A model generated the notes under the pieces. It was not told where the DNA came from, did no database searches, and saw only the letters and a list, made by a program, of their open reading frames with translations. DNA of 25,365 nt from Chloroflexota bacterium (GTDB lineage: Bacteria > Chloroflexota > Anaerolineae > Caldilineales > Caldilineaceae): the NCBI GenBank assembly GCA_003577365.1, contig QEUY01000001.1, positions 1 through 25,365 on the forward strand, given 5' to 3'. This document shows positions 8,428-16,224 of the stretch, in pieces. Position 1 is the first letter of the stretch. Every line of letters begins with the position of its first letter. Position numbers and translations under genes: made by a program.

Positions 8428-8553
8428 GTAGGCAGATAGGCAGTGGGGGCAGAACTAGAAGGGTTACTCTCTGCTTTGGCCTTTGCGTTCTTTGCGGCCT
8501 TTGCGGTGAAATCCTCTGTCCCACTCCCTACTGCCCACTCCCTATCTGCCTAC
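8428..8553. repeat. Composite GTAG-ended inverted repeat (REPIN-like) enclosing copy 2 of the 9-nt-period repeat (8467-8519)
   Basis: Arm 8428-8447 GTAGGCAGATAGGCAGTGGG matches the reverse complement of 8534-8553 at 19/20. Arms are built from ~7-nt units (GGGAGTA/GGCAGTA-like). Confidence 0.8.
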
Positions 8554-10118
8554 CGATCCAGCCAGGTCTCGCCCAGCCAGAGCAGCCCGTCCATATCGAC
8601 GCGGAAGTCCTGAACCTCGCTCTTATAGGCATGGACGGTCTGATCCCACACGGTGGGGATGGTCCACGCCTGTTCCAGCAGGATTTCCAGCGCGCGGTGA
8701 TAGTGTTCCTTGCGCGCTGCCTGATCGTTTTCCTCGCGCGCTTGCAAGATCACCTGCTCATATTCCGGGAACCAGTCGTCCTGGTTTTCGGTGATGCCGA
8801 AGAAGTTGCGGAAGGGACGGCAGCAGGCCGCGCCTTCGAACAGACCGCTAGGGTCGACCGTGGCGTCGCCGGTGGCGTGCGAGACGATCGAGAAGTTGCT
8901 GTCGAAGAGCAGCGGCCAATATTGCGGCAGCTCGGTGGGTACTAGCTCCACCTGCACGCCGATGGCCGCCAACTGCTGTTGGAAGACCTGGGCCTGGTCC
9001 AGGTGGGGGCCGCCCGTGCCGCGGATCAACATCTGCACCGAGAAGCCATCCGGGTAGCCGGCCTCGGCCAGCAGCGCCTTGGCCTTTTCGGGGTCATAGG
9101 TGTAGTAGTCTTCCAGGTCCGGCGCATAGGCCCAAGAGGTCTTGGGATAGGGTACCAAGAGCGGCGTGGCTTGGCCGTGGAAGGCGGTCTCGGAGATCTC
9201 CTCGCGGTTGATCGCATATTGGAAGGCCTGGCGCACCTTGACGTTGTCAAAGGGCGGCGCGTTGACATTCATAATGAAGGCATAGAAGGTGAAGCCTGCC
9301 GGCGCCTCGCCGACGACCATGCCCTCTTCCTGGGCCAGCCCTGCCTTTTCACTCAGCGGAACGCCCACCAAGGCGTCGATGCTGCCGGACTTCAGATTCA
9401 CCAAGCGCGCCTGCTCGTCGGGGATCGGCTTGACGACGATCTTGTCGAGATAGGGCAGCCCCTCGCGCCAGTAGTCCTCAAAGCGCTCGGCGGTCATGCT
9501 GTCGCCGGGGATCCATTCGATGAATTTGAAGGGGCCGGTTCCCACAGGCACGGTGTCAATCGTCTCGGCGGCCTCCTGCGGGAAGATATAGAGGCGCGCG
9601 ATGCCGTCGAGCTGCGAAGCCGTGTGCTCGCTGTAGTTGATCTTGACCGTGTAGTCGTCGATCTTCTCAGCGCCGGTGCAGGTCTGGAAGCGGTCGCTCA
9701 GGTGATGGCCGATCTCCGTATTGCGCGCATAGTCGACCGACCAGACCACGTCGTCGGCGGTCAGCTCGCGCCCGTTGTGGAACTTGATCCCTTGGCGCAG
9801 ATGGAGCGTGACCGATAGCCCATCCTCGCCTTCTTCCCAAGATTCGGCCAGCCAGGGTTCAAAGTCGCCGGCGTCGCTGATACGGATCGGCGCTTCGAAA
9901 AAGACCGGCTTGATCTGGGCGTTGGTCACGTCATAATAAGGGTGGAAGGTGACGAAGTCGTCACCCAACGACAGCGTAAGCGTGCCTCCCGCCTTGGGGC
10001 CGGCAGGGGCGGCGGCTTCGCCTGCGGCAGGAGCGGCGGGCTGGGCCGCAGGGGCGCAGGCCGCCAACAGCAGCACAGCCAACAGCAACAGAGTCGTCAA
10101 CGTCGTGCGTTTTTGCAT
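8550..10118 (-). CDS. ABC transporter substrate-binding lipoprotein, family 5 (DppA/OppA/NikA-like)
   Basis: Lipobox LAAC; PWLAESWE, LRQGIKFHNGRELTADDVVWS, PVGTGPFKF, FDNVKVRQA. GAGGAG SD. Confidence 0.95.
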   Translation of the reverse strand: MQKRTTLTTLLLLAVLLLAACAPAAQPAAPAAGEAAAPAGPKAGGTLTLSLGDDFVTFHPYYDVTNAQIKPVFFEAPIRISDAGDFEPWLAESWEEGEDGLSVTLHLRQGIKFHNGRELTADDVVWSVDYARNTEIGHHLSDRFQTCTGAEKIDDYTVKINYSEHTASQLDGIARLYIFPQEAAETIDTVPVGTGPFKFIEWIPGDSMTAERFEDYWREGLPYLDKIVVKPIPDEQARLVNLKSGSIDALVGVPLSEKAGLAQEEGMVVGEAPAGFTFYAFIMNVNAPPFDNVKVRQAFQYAINREEISETAFHGQATPLLVPYPKTSWAYAPDLEDYYTYDPEKAKALLAEAGYPDGFSVQMLIRGTGGPHLDQAQVFQQQLAAIGVQVELVPTELPQYWPLLFDSNFSIVSHATGDATVDPSGLFEGAACCRPFRNFFGITENQDDWFPEYEQVILQAREENDQAARKEHYHRALEILLEQAWTIPTVWDQTVHAYKSEVQDFRVDMDGLLWLGETWLDR

Positions 10119-10140
10119 ACCATTCTCCTCATGGATAGTC

Positions 10141-10168
10141 TCTGCGTGACAGTTTCTGCGTGACAGTT
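10141..10168. repeat. Perfect 14-bp tandem duplication TCTGCGTGACAGTT x2
   Basis: Read directly. A partial third copy TGACAGTTC lies at 10369-10377. Confidence 0.85.
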
Positions 10169-10391
10169 CCTAAGCTCTATGTGAGTCCCTGCCGGATACC
10201 ATCGCTTACACTTGGGTCTGCGCAGGGCGACGCCCACCGCACGGATCTCATGACCGGGGGACAGGTTGCGGAACAGGCCGATCTCAAAACGCTGGACAAC
10301 CGGCGGGGGCCGGTCGATGCCCCGCCCGCACACGCGTTTTTACGATGGCTTGTTCCCACTGGTTCGGATGACAGTTCTGATGGCGCGCCCT

Positions 10392-10420
10392 ATTCTAACC
10401 AAAGACGCGCACTCCAACAA
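10392..10420 (-). promoter_or_regulatory. Possible proximal sigma70 promoter for the ABC operon
   Basis: TTGTTG-17 nt-TAGAAT on the minus strand. Confidence 0.4.
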
Positions 10421-10453
10421 ACGCTTACAACGGTGCGAGCAGGGCGCGGCGAC

Positions 10454-10691
10454 GGCCCATTCACTCAACCTGTTTGGCAGTGGTTTGGCTAGACCGGCTC
10501 GACAAAACCGGTTCAGCAAACCAGATACGGCCTCCGGCGCAGGATGCATCGCCGCGCAAAGCATGTTAGACTTCCATGCAGATGCCGGCGTAGCGATGCA
10601 GACCCGCACAGCCGGCAGCCCTGCGGCCCAGCATGGAGGGTCGGCGGCTGGGAGCCGATGACCGGCACACAGCAGGTTGAGTTAACGGGCC
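10454..10691 (-). ncRNA. Putative structured cis-regulatory RNA domain (unassigned family)
   Basis: Closing helix 10673-10691 with 10454-10472 (18 of 19 paired including one G-U on the minus strand). Nested helices at 10545-10552/10593-10600, 10561-10565/10575-10579 and 10481-10523. Confidence 0.5.
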
Positions 10692-10849
10692 TTCGTACAG
10701 GGGCAGGTACAGGGGCAGGTACAACAACCGGCGAGGTAATAAGCAGGGGCCAGGCAGAGGGCAGCACGGTGGGAGGTATGACGGGGCAGAGACACGGCGC
10801 GCGACAGAGCTTCGGGAGGCGCTGCCGGCGCAAGAGCTAGATGCTGCAT
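10682..10849 (-). CDS. 55-aa Cys-rich small ORF, candidate leader peptide
   Basis: GAGGA-6 nt-ATG. Translates to MQHLALAPAAPPEALSRAVSLPRHTSHRAALCLAPAYYLAGCCTCPCTCPCTKAR*. It is below the ORF-track size cutoff and its codon usage is atypical for the genome. Confidence 0.5.
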   Translation of the reverse strand: MQHLALAPAAPPEALSRAVSLPRHTSHRAALCLAPAYYLAGCCTCPCTCPCTKAR

Positions 10850-10956
10850 GGGGTTTCCTCGCTGGTTGGTACGATCACGATACGAGCAAAATCATGATAC
10901 GATCACAGACGAACATCCATACACGGATATCCGCCGGCGCAGCCGCCGGCTAGGGC

Positions 10957-10985
10957 AGTATACGAGCCGCCCCGCTTCCTGTCAA
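10957..10985 (-). promoter_or_regulatory. Near-consensus sigma70 promoter pointing toward the small ORF and ABC operon
   Basis: TTGACA (10980-10985), 17-nt spacer, TATACT (10957-10962). Predicted start site ~10950. Confidence 0.8.
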
Positions 10986-11039
10986 AGATGACCGATCTAC
11001 GAGCGTGTTTTTACAAGAACGTTTTTGCGAGAGTGCGCT

Positions 11040-11516
11040 ATGGACAACCCAATTGACAGCCGGCACAGTGACCAACACAGTGACCAACACGGTGACCGGC
11101 GTGATGAGATGAAGATCCGGGTCCTGGTGGCAAAGCCAGGGCTAGACGGCCATGACCGCGGCGCCAAGGTGGTGGCGCGCGCCCTGCGCGATGCCGGGTT
11201 CGAGGTGATCTACACCGGCATCCGCCAGACGCCGCAGATGATCGCCGAGGCCGCCCTGCAAGAGGATGTCGACGTGGTGGGGCTGAGCATCCTCAGCGGC
11301 GCGCATCTGACGCTCTGCCCCAAGGTGGTCGATCTGCTGCGCGCCCAGGGCCAGGGGCAGGTCGTCGTGGTGGTCGGCGGGATCGTGCCCGACGAGGATA
11401 TCCCCGCGCTGCAGGCGGCGGGCATCCGCGCCGTCTTTGGACCGGGGACCTCCACCCAAGAGATCGCCAGTTACATCCGCCAGGCCGTGGCCCAGGCGCA
11501 TCCGATGGACAACTAA
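11040..11516 (+). CDS. Cobalamin-binding domain protein (methylmalonyl-CoA mutase-type C-terminal/small subunit)
   Basis: [50 protein letters not shown]. Alternative start at ATG 11109. Confidence 0.92.
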   Translation: MDNPIDSRHSDQHSDQHGDRRDEMKIRVLVAKPGLDGHDRGAKVVARALRDAGFEVIYTGIRQTPQMIAEAALQEDVDVVGLSILSGAHLTLCPKVVDLLRAQGQGQVVVVVGGIVPDEDIPALQAAGIRAVFGPGTSTQEIASYIRQAVAQAHPMDN

Positions 11517-12575
11517 ATGGGCCGCCAGATGGACAGCCCAATGCAGATGCGCCGGCACGCCGCGTCGCCGGCGGCGTTGGCCGAAGGGGTGCTGGCGGGC
11601 GACCGGCTGCTGCTGGCGCGCGCCATTACCCAGGTGGAGAACGAACAGCCCGACGCCCACGCCCTGCTGGCGCAGCTCTACGCGCACAGCGGGCGCGGCC
11701 ACATCATCGGCATCACCGGCGCGCCCGGAACCGGCAAATCGACCCTGGTCACCGCCTTGGCGCAGACCTTCCGCAGCCGCGGCGAGACGGTGGCGATCGT
11801 CGCCATCGACCCCACCAGCCCCTTTACGGGCGGCGCGATCTTGGGCGACCGTGTGCGCATGCGTGGCCTCAGCGGCGACGCCGGGGTCTTTATCCGCAGC
11901 ATGGCGACGCGCGGCAGCCTGGGCGGGCTGAGCAAGACCACGGGCGACGTGGTCACGCTGCTGGATGCGGCAGGCTATCAGCGCATTCTGGTCGAGACCG
12001 TCGGCGTGGGCCAGGCCGAGGTCGAGATCGCCAGCATGGCGCACACCACGCTGGTGGTGGAAGCGCCCGGCCTGGGCGACGAGGTACAGGCGATCAAGGC
12101 GGGCATCCTGGAGATCGCCGATATCCTGGTCGTCAACAAGGCCGACCGGCCCGGCGTGGAAAAGACGGTGCAGGCGCTGGAGATGATGCTAGAGTTGGAG
12201 TATGGCAGCAGCCGTCTGGTGCGCCATGAGGGGCAGTTGATGCGCGTCGAATCGCCGAGCGCCCCCGGCCAGGCGCGGCCTGCCGACGACTGGCGCGTCA
12301 CGGTGCTCAGGACCATCGCTGCCGACGGCACGGGCGTCGCCGCGCTGGGCGAGCGCATCGTGGCGCACCGCGCTTGGCTGGAGACATCCGGCGAGTTGGC
12401 CGTGCGCGAGCAGTTGCGCGTGGCGCGCACGCTGGAAAACATCCTGCGCGCCGAGTTAAACCGGCGGCTGCTGGCGCGCTTCCCCGCGGGCAGCCTCGAC
12501 GGGCTGGTCGAAGCCGTACATACCCGGCACACCGACCCCTACAGCGCGGCCCAAAGCCTCTTGGCGGCATGGTAG
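11517..12575 (+). CDS. meaB: Methylmalonyl-CoA mutase-associated GTPase chaperone MeaB/ArgK
   Basis: GITGAPGTGKST, DPTSPFTGGAILGDRVRM, ETVGVGQAE, VVNKAD. The exact start is uncertain among ATGs at 11517-11547. Confidence 0.93.
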   Translation: MGRQMDSPMQMRRHAASPAALAEGVLAGDRLLLARAITQVENEQPDAHALLAQLYAHSGRGHIIGITGAPGTGKSTLVTALAQTFRSRGETVAIVAIDPTSPFTGGAILGDRVRMRGLSGDAGVFIRSMATRGSLGGLSKTTGDVVTLLDAAGYQRILVETVGVGQAEVEIASMAHTTLVVEAPGLGDEVQAIKAGILEIADILVVNKADRPGVEKTVQALEMMLELEYGSSRLVRHEGQLMRVESPSAPGQARPADDWRVTVLRTIAADGTGVAALGERIVAHRAWLETSGELAVREQLRVARTLENILRAELNRRLLARFPAGSLDGLVEAVHTRHTDPYSAAQSLLAAW

Positions 12576-12614
12576 AGAGACGGCCCGCGATCCCAGCAAA
12601 AACCGCTATGCCGT

Positions 12615-12644
12615 TTCGCAATCCCCTTGCAGCACTGCTATACT
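12615..12644 (+). promoter_or_regulatory. Extended -10 promoter for pgm
   Basis: TGcTATACT at 12636-12644, with TTCGCA 18 nt upstream of the hexamer. Confidence 0.55.
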
Positions 12645-12699
12645 GGTCTGCAATCCAGCCGCACAGCATCCCTTGCCACCCCACGCCTGAGGAGGGTTC

Positions 12700-14145
12700 A
12701 TGAGTGACATCAAATTCGGCACCGACGGCTGGCGCGGGCGCATCGCCGACGACTACACCTATGCCAATGTGCGCCGGGCCGCGCAAGCCTTTGCCGCCTA
12801 TTTGACGCAGAGCGGCGCGCCCGCGGGCGGGCAGCCGGGCAGCGTGGTCGTGGGCTATGACAGGCGCTTTTCGGCAGAACATTTCGCCGCCGCCGCCGCC
12901 GAAGTCTTGGCCGCCAACGGCCTCAAGGTCTTTCTGACGCAGACGGCAACGCCGACACCGGTCATCTCCTACAGCGTGCCTGCCAAGGGTGCGCTGGGCG
13001 CGGTCAACATCACCGCCAGCCACAACCCGCCGGAGGACTGCGGCTTCAAGGTGCGCGATGCCCACGGCGGCGCAGTCGACCCTGCTGGCCTCAGCCGCAT
13101 CGAAGCCCACATCCCCCCGGCGCAGGAGCTCGCCGCCATCCGCCGCCTGCCGCTGGCCCAAGCCATAGACAAAGGCCGCGTCGAGGTCTTTGACCCCAAG
13201 CCCGCCTATCTGGCCCACCTGGCCGACCTGATCGACGTGCAGCCGATCAAGGATGCCGGGCTGAAGATCGTGGTGGATGCCATGTGGGGCAACGGCGCGG
13301 GCTGGCTCAGCGAGATCCTGGGCGGCGGCAAAACCGAGATCGTCGAGGTCCACGCCGAGCGCAACCCCATCTATCCGGAGATGAAACGGCCCGAACCGAT
13401 CCCGCCCAACGTGGACGCGGGGCTGGCCGTGGGCCGCCAAGTGGGGGCCGACTGTGTCTGCATCATGGACGGCGACGCCGACCGCTGCGGCTTTGGCGAC
13501 GAGCACGGCGAGTTTATCGACCAACTGCGCGTCTATGCGCTGCTGGCCTATTACATGCTGGAGATCCGCGGCTGGCGCGGCCCCATCGTCAAGACGATCA
13601 GTACGACCTCGATGCTGGACAAGCTGGGCCAACGTTATGGCGTGCCGGTGGTCAACACGGGGGTAGGGTTCAAATATGTCGCCCCGGCCATGATCGAACA
13701 TGACGCCATGATCGGCGGCGAGGAGAGCGGCGGCTATGCCTTCCGCCGCCATGTGCCGGAACGCGACGGCATCTTGGCGAATCTCTATCTGCTCGACTTT
13801 ATGGTGCGCACCGGCAAGACGCCGACCCAGTTGCTCAAGCGGCTGTTTGATACGGTGGGCGCGCACTACTATGACCGCATCGACACACGCGTCACCGACA
13901 ACGCCGTCAAGGCCGCGGCCAAGGCCAAGCTCGACGCCGCCCAAGCCGGCGGGCTGACGCTCGGCGGCCATCGCGTGGTCGACAAGGTAACGCTCGACGG
14001 CTATAAGTTTGTCATGGACGACGGCGGCTGGCTGCTGGTGCGCTTCTCCGGCACCGAGCCGCTGATCCGCGTCTACACCGAGACGACCGACCGCGCCGCC
14101 GTCCCTGCCATCCTGGCCGATGGGCTAAAGCTGGCAGGGTTATAG
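12700..14145 (+). CDS. Phosphoglucomutase/phosphomannomutase family protein
   Basis: [16 protein letters not shown] (phospho-Ser), DGDADR (Mg loop), GGEESGG, RFSGTEP. GAGGAGG SD. Confidence 0.95.
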   Translation: MSDIKFGTDGWRGRIADDYTYANVRRAAQAFAAYLTQSGAPAGGQPGSVVVGYDRRFSAEHFAAAAAEVLAANGLKVFLTQTATPTPVISYSVPAKGALGAVNITASHNPPEDCGFKVRDAHGGAVDPAGLSRIEAHIPPAQELAAIRRLPLAQAIDKGRVEVFDPKPAYLAHLADLIDVQPIKDAGLKIVVDAMWGNGAGWLSEILGGGKTEIVEVHAERNPIYPEMKRPEPIPPNVDAGLAVGRQVGADCVCIMDGDADRCGFGDEHGEFIDQLRVYALLAYYMLEIRGWRGPIVKTISTTSMLDKLGQRYGVPVVNTGVGFKYVAPAMIEHDAMIGGEESGGYAFRRHVPERDGILANLYLLDFMVRTGKTPTQLLKRLFDTVGAHYYDRIDTRVTDNAVKAAAKAKLDAAQAGGLTLGGHRVVDKVTLDGYKFVMDDGGWLLVRFSGTEPLIRVYTETTDRAAVPAILADGLKLAGL

Positions 14146-14239
14146 GCGGTGAACAGGCAGGCAGTGCCGCCTCTGGCGGCTGTGCCTACCCCCTATTTCC
14201 CATATGCAAGCCGACCTACTTTAGACGCAGCGGCCTCTG

Positions 14240-14248
14240 TGATAAAAT
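14240..14248 (+). promoter_or_regulatory. Extended -10 promoter for the tatD operon
   Basis: TGaTAAAAT, 57 nt upstream of the tatD ATG. Confidence 0.5.
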
Positions 14249-14305
14249 GAACAAACGCCTTTGGCACAATCTTTGGCGCGTTTTTGATGAGGGATTGCAC
14301 AGCAC

Positions 14306-15196
14306 ATGTCCAGTTCGCGCAGCACGGCCCCGCTGGTCGATAGCCACTGCCATCTCGACCTGGCCCCATTCGACGAAGACCGGGCCGAGGTCTTGGCGCG
14401 GGCGCGTGCCGCCGGTGTGCAGGCCATCGTCGTGCCGGGGATCGACCTGGCCCAGTGTCGCCGGGCCTTGGCCTTGGCCGAGTCGCAGCCGGGCGCGGCC
14501 CAGCCCGAACTCGCTATCGCGCTGGGCATCCACCCCAACAGCAGCGACGGCTGGACGCCCGACGCGGCGGCAGAGTTCGCCGCGTTGGCGCGCAGCCCCA
14601 AGGTGGTGGCCTACGGCGAGATCGGGCTGGACTACTACTGGGACAAGGTCCCCCGCGCCCGGCAGTGGGCTGCGTTTGAAGCGCAGTTGGCCTTGGCCGC
14701 CGAGTTGGGTCTGCCCGTGATCATCCACAGCCGCGACGCCAACGACGACGTGGCCGCGATCTTGGCGGCGTGGGTGCAGGGCGCGAGCTTTGCGGCGTCG
14801 CCGCTGGCGGCGCGCCCCTTTGCCGGCGTGCTCCATGCTTTCAGCGGCGATCTGGCGCTGGCCCAGGCCGCCTATGATTGGAACTTTGTGATCAGCCTGG
14901 GCGGGCCGGTGACCTATAAAAACGCCCGCACGCTGCACGCGCTGGTTCCGCACCTGCGGCTCGACCGGCTGATGCTGGAGACCGATGCCCCCTATCTGAC
15001 GCCACATCCCCATCGCGGCAAGCGCAACGAACCAGCCTATGTGGCGCTGGTCTGCGCACAGATGGCGCGGCTGAGCGGGGTGACGCCGCAGGAGATCGCC
15101 CAGACGACGAGCGCGCTGGCCGGGCGCTTTTTTAGCTTGACGATCGCGCCGGTCGAGCCGCAGACGGCGCTGGGGGGAGGGCAGGCGAGCGGGTGA
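14306..15196 (+). CDS. tatD: TatD family metal-dependent DNase
   Basis: [44 protein letters not shown]. Confidence 0.93.
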   Translation: MSSSRSTAPLVDSHCHLDLAPFDEDRAEVLARARAAGVQAIVVPGIDLAQCRRALALAESQPGAAQPELAIALGIHPNSSDGWTPDAAAEFAALARSPKVVAYGEIGLDYYWDKVPRARQWAAFEAQLALAAELGLPVIIHSRDANDDVAAILAAWVQGASFAASPLAARPFAGVLHAFSGDLALAQAAYDWNFVISLGGPVTYKNARTLHALVPHLRLDRLMLETDAPYLTPHPHRGKRNEPAYVALVCAQMARLSGVTPQEIAQTTSALAGRFFSLTIAPVEPQTALGGGQASG

Positions 15197-16224
15197 TGAG
15201 CGTAAAAGCGGCGATCGATATTGGCAAGGTGCTGCAGCCCGTGCAGGCCGACCTGGCGCGCGTCGAAGCCAAGATGAAAAGCGTAGAGACATCGCTCTTT
15301 GCCCCGCTGGCGGTGGCCTTTGTAGATTTGATCGGCAGCGGCGGCAAACGGCTGCGCCCGGCGCTGGCGCTGATGGCGGCCAACGCCGGCAAGGCCGATC
15401 CCGCGCCCGCGCTCGACAGCAGCGTCATCGCGCTTGCCGCCTCGGTGGAGATGCTGCACACCGCGACCCTGGTACATGACGACGTGATCGACGGGGCGCT
15501 GCTGCGCCGCGGCGCGCCTACGCTCAACGCCATCTGGAACCGGGGCGCGACGGTGCTGGCGGGCAATTTTATGTTTGCGCGCGCCGCGCTCTTTGCCGCC
15601 GAGACGGGCAACATGCGCGTGATCCGCATCTTCAGCGACACGCTGGAGACGATCGTCAACGGCGAACTGCGCCAACTGCTGGCGCGCCACAACTTCCACC
15701 AGGTTAAAGACGACTACTACCAGCGTATCTATGCCAAGACGGCCAGCCTCTTTTGCGCCGCCACCGAAGCGGGCGCGGTGCTGGCCGGTCTGCCCGAAAC
15801 GCAGATCCAGCATCTGCGCAGCTTTGGCTACAATCTGGGCATGGCCTTTCAGATCGTGGACGACATCCTCGATTTTACCGGCGACGAGGCCACGCTGGGC
15901 AAACCCGCGGGCAGCGACCTGGCGCAAGGCACGTTGACGCTGCCCTTCTTCTACTTCCTGCAGGCGCTGCCTGCGCCGGAACAATTGATAGCGCAGATGG
16001 ATGCGGCGGTGGCCGAAGCCGACGCCGGCGACGAGCAGCCCTGGCAGGCCCTGGTGCCGCATCTGGTGCGCCAGGTGCGCGCCGGTCCGGCCATCGGCGC
16101 GGCGCGGCAGGAAGCCGCCGCTTTCTTGGCGCAAGCGCGCACCGATTTGGCTGCGCTGCCCGACACACGTTTTCGCTTCGCCATGCTGGAGCTGTGCGAC
16201 TTTGTCGTCCAACGCACCTACTGA
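15196..16224 (+). CDS. Long-chain trans-polyprenyl diphosphate synthase (HepT/IspB-like)
   Basis: [15 protein letters not shown] (FARM), [19 protein letters not shown] (SARM). TGATG overlap with tatD; GTG at 15193 is an alternative start. Confidence 0.93.
   Translation: MSVKAAIDIGKVLQPVQADLARVEAKMKSVETSLFAPLAVAFVDLIGSGGKRLRPALALMAANAGKADPAPALDSSVIALAASVEMLHTATLVHDDVIDGALLRRGAPTLNAIWNRGATVLAGNFMFARAALFAAETGNMRVIRIFSDTLETIVNGELRQLLARHNFHQVKDDYYQRIYAKTASLFCAATEAGAVLAGLPETQIQHLRSFGYNLGMAFQIVDDILDFTGDEATLGKPAGSDLAQGTLTLPFFYFLQALPAPEQLIAQMDAAVAEADAGDEQPWQALVPHLVRQVRAGPAIGAARQEAAAFLAQARTDLAALPDTRFRFAMLELCDFVVQRTY

Noticed and set aside
10141-10168. Pho box
   Set aside because: CTGTCA(C/T) half-sites are present, but the period is 14 bp rather than 11, and no phosphate genes are nearby.
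10454-10691. MITE with 19-bp terminal inverted repeats
   Set aside because: No target-site duplication (left flank GCGGCGAC, right flank TTCGTACA) and no second copy in the window. Kept only as the refuting alternative.
10513-10840. ORF-track frames 10513-10833 (-) and 10544-10840 (+), and other short ORFs in this gap
   Set aside because: No SD, non-ATG or weak starts, and no recognisable motifs. The 55-codon ORF in another frame has the SD and promoter.
10119-11039. Known riboswitch or housekeeping RNA (cobalamin, SAM-I, TPP, FMN, glycine, ZTP, T-box, RNase P, SRP, tmRNA)
   Set aside because: By eye no complete consensus is present. Fragments such as GGGAA (~10353), CCGCAACCTGT and GAGGAAACCC lack the required context. 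An Rfam cmscan is still needed.
10695-11097. CRISPR-like arrays from the 12-14-bp tandem repeats
   Set aside because: Units are too short, have no spacers, occur only 2-3 times, and no cas genes are present.
11040-11516. B12-binding protein as corrinoid partner of the UroD/MtaA-like enzyme
   Set aside because: Its motif ([10 protein letters not shown]) and the adjacent meaB mark it as acyl-CoA mutase type, not the methyltransferase corrinoid type (GDxHDIGK).
14160-14186. Intrinsic terminator after pgm
   Set aside because: A hairpin is present (GCCGCC-tct-GGCGGC with a GGCA/TGCC extension) but there is no U-tract. It may be a decayed relative of the 8428-8553 repeat.
16001-16201. ORF-track start of the GT2 at 16001
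   Set aside because: It would overlap the polyprenyl synthase by over 200 nt with a non-homologous, Arg/Pro-rich extension. TTG 16202 with an SD is more plausible.
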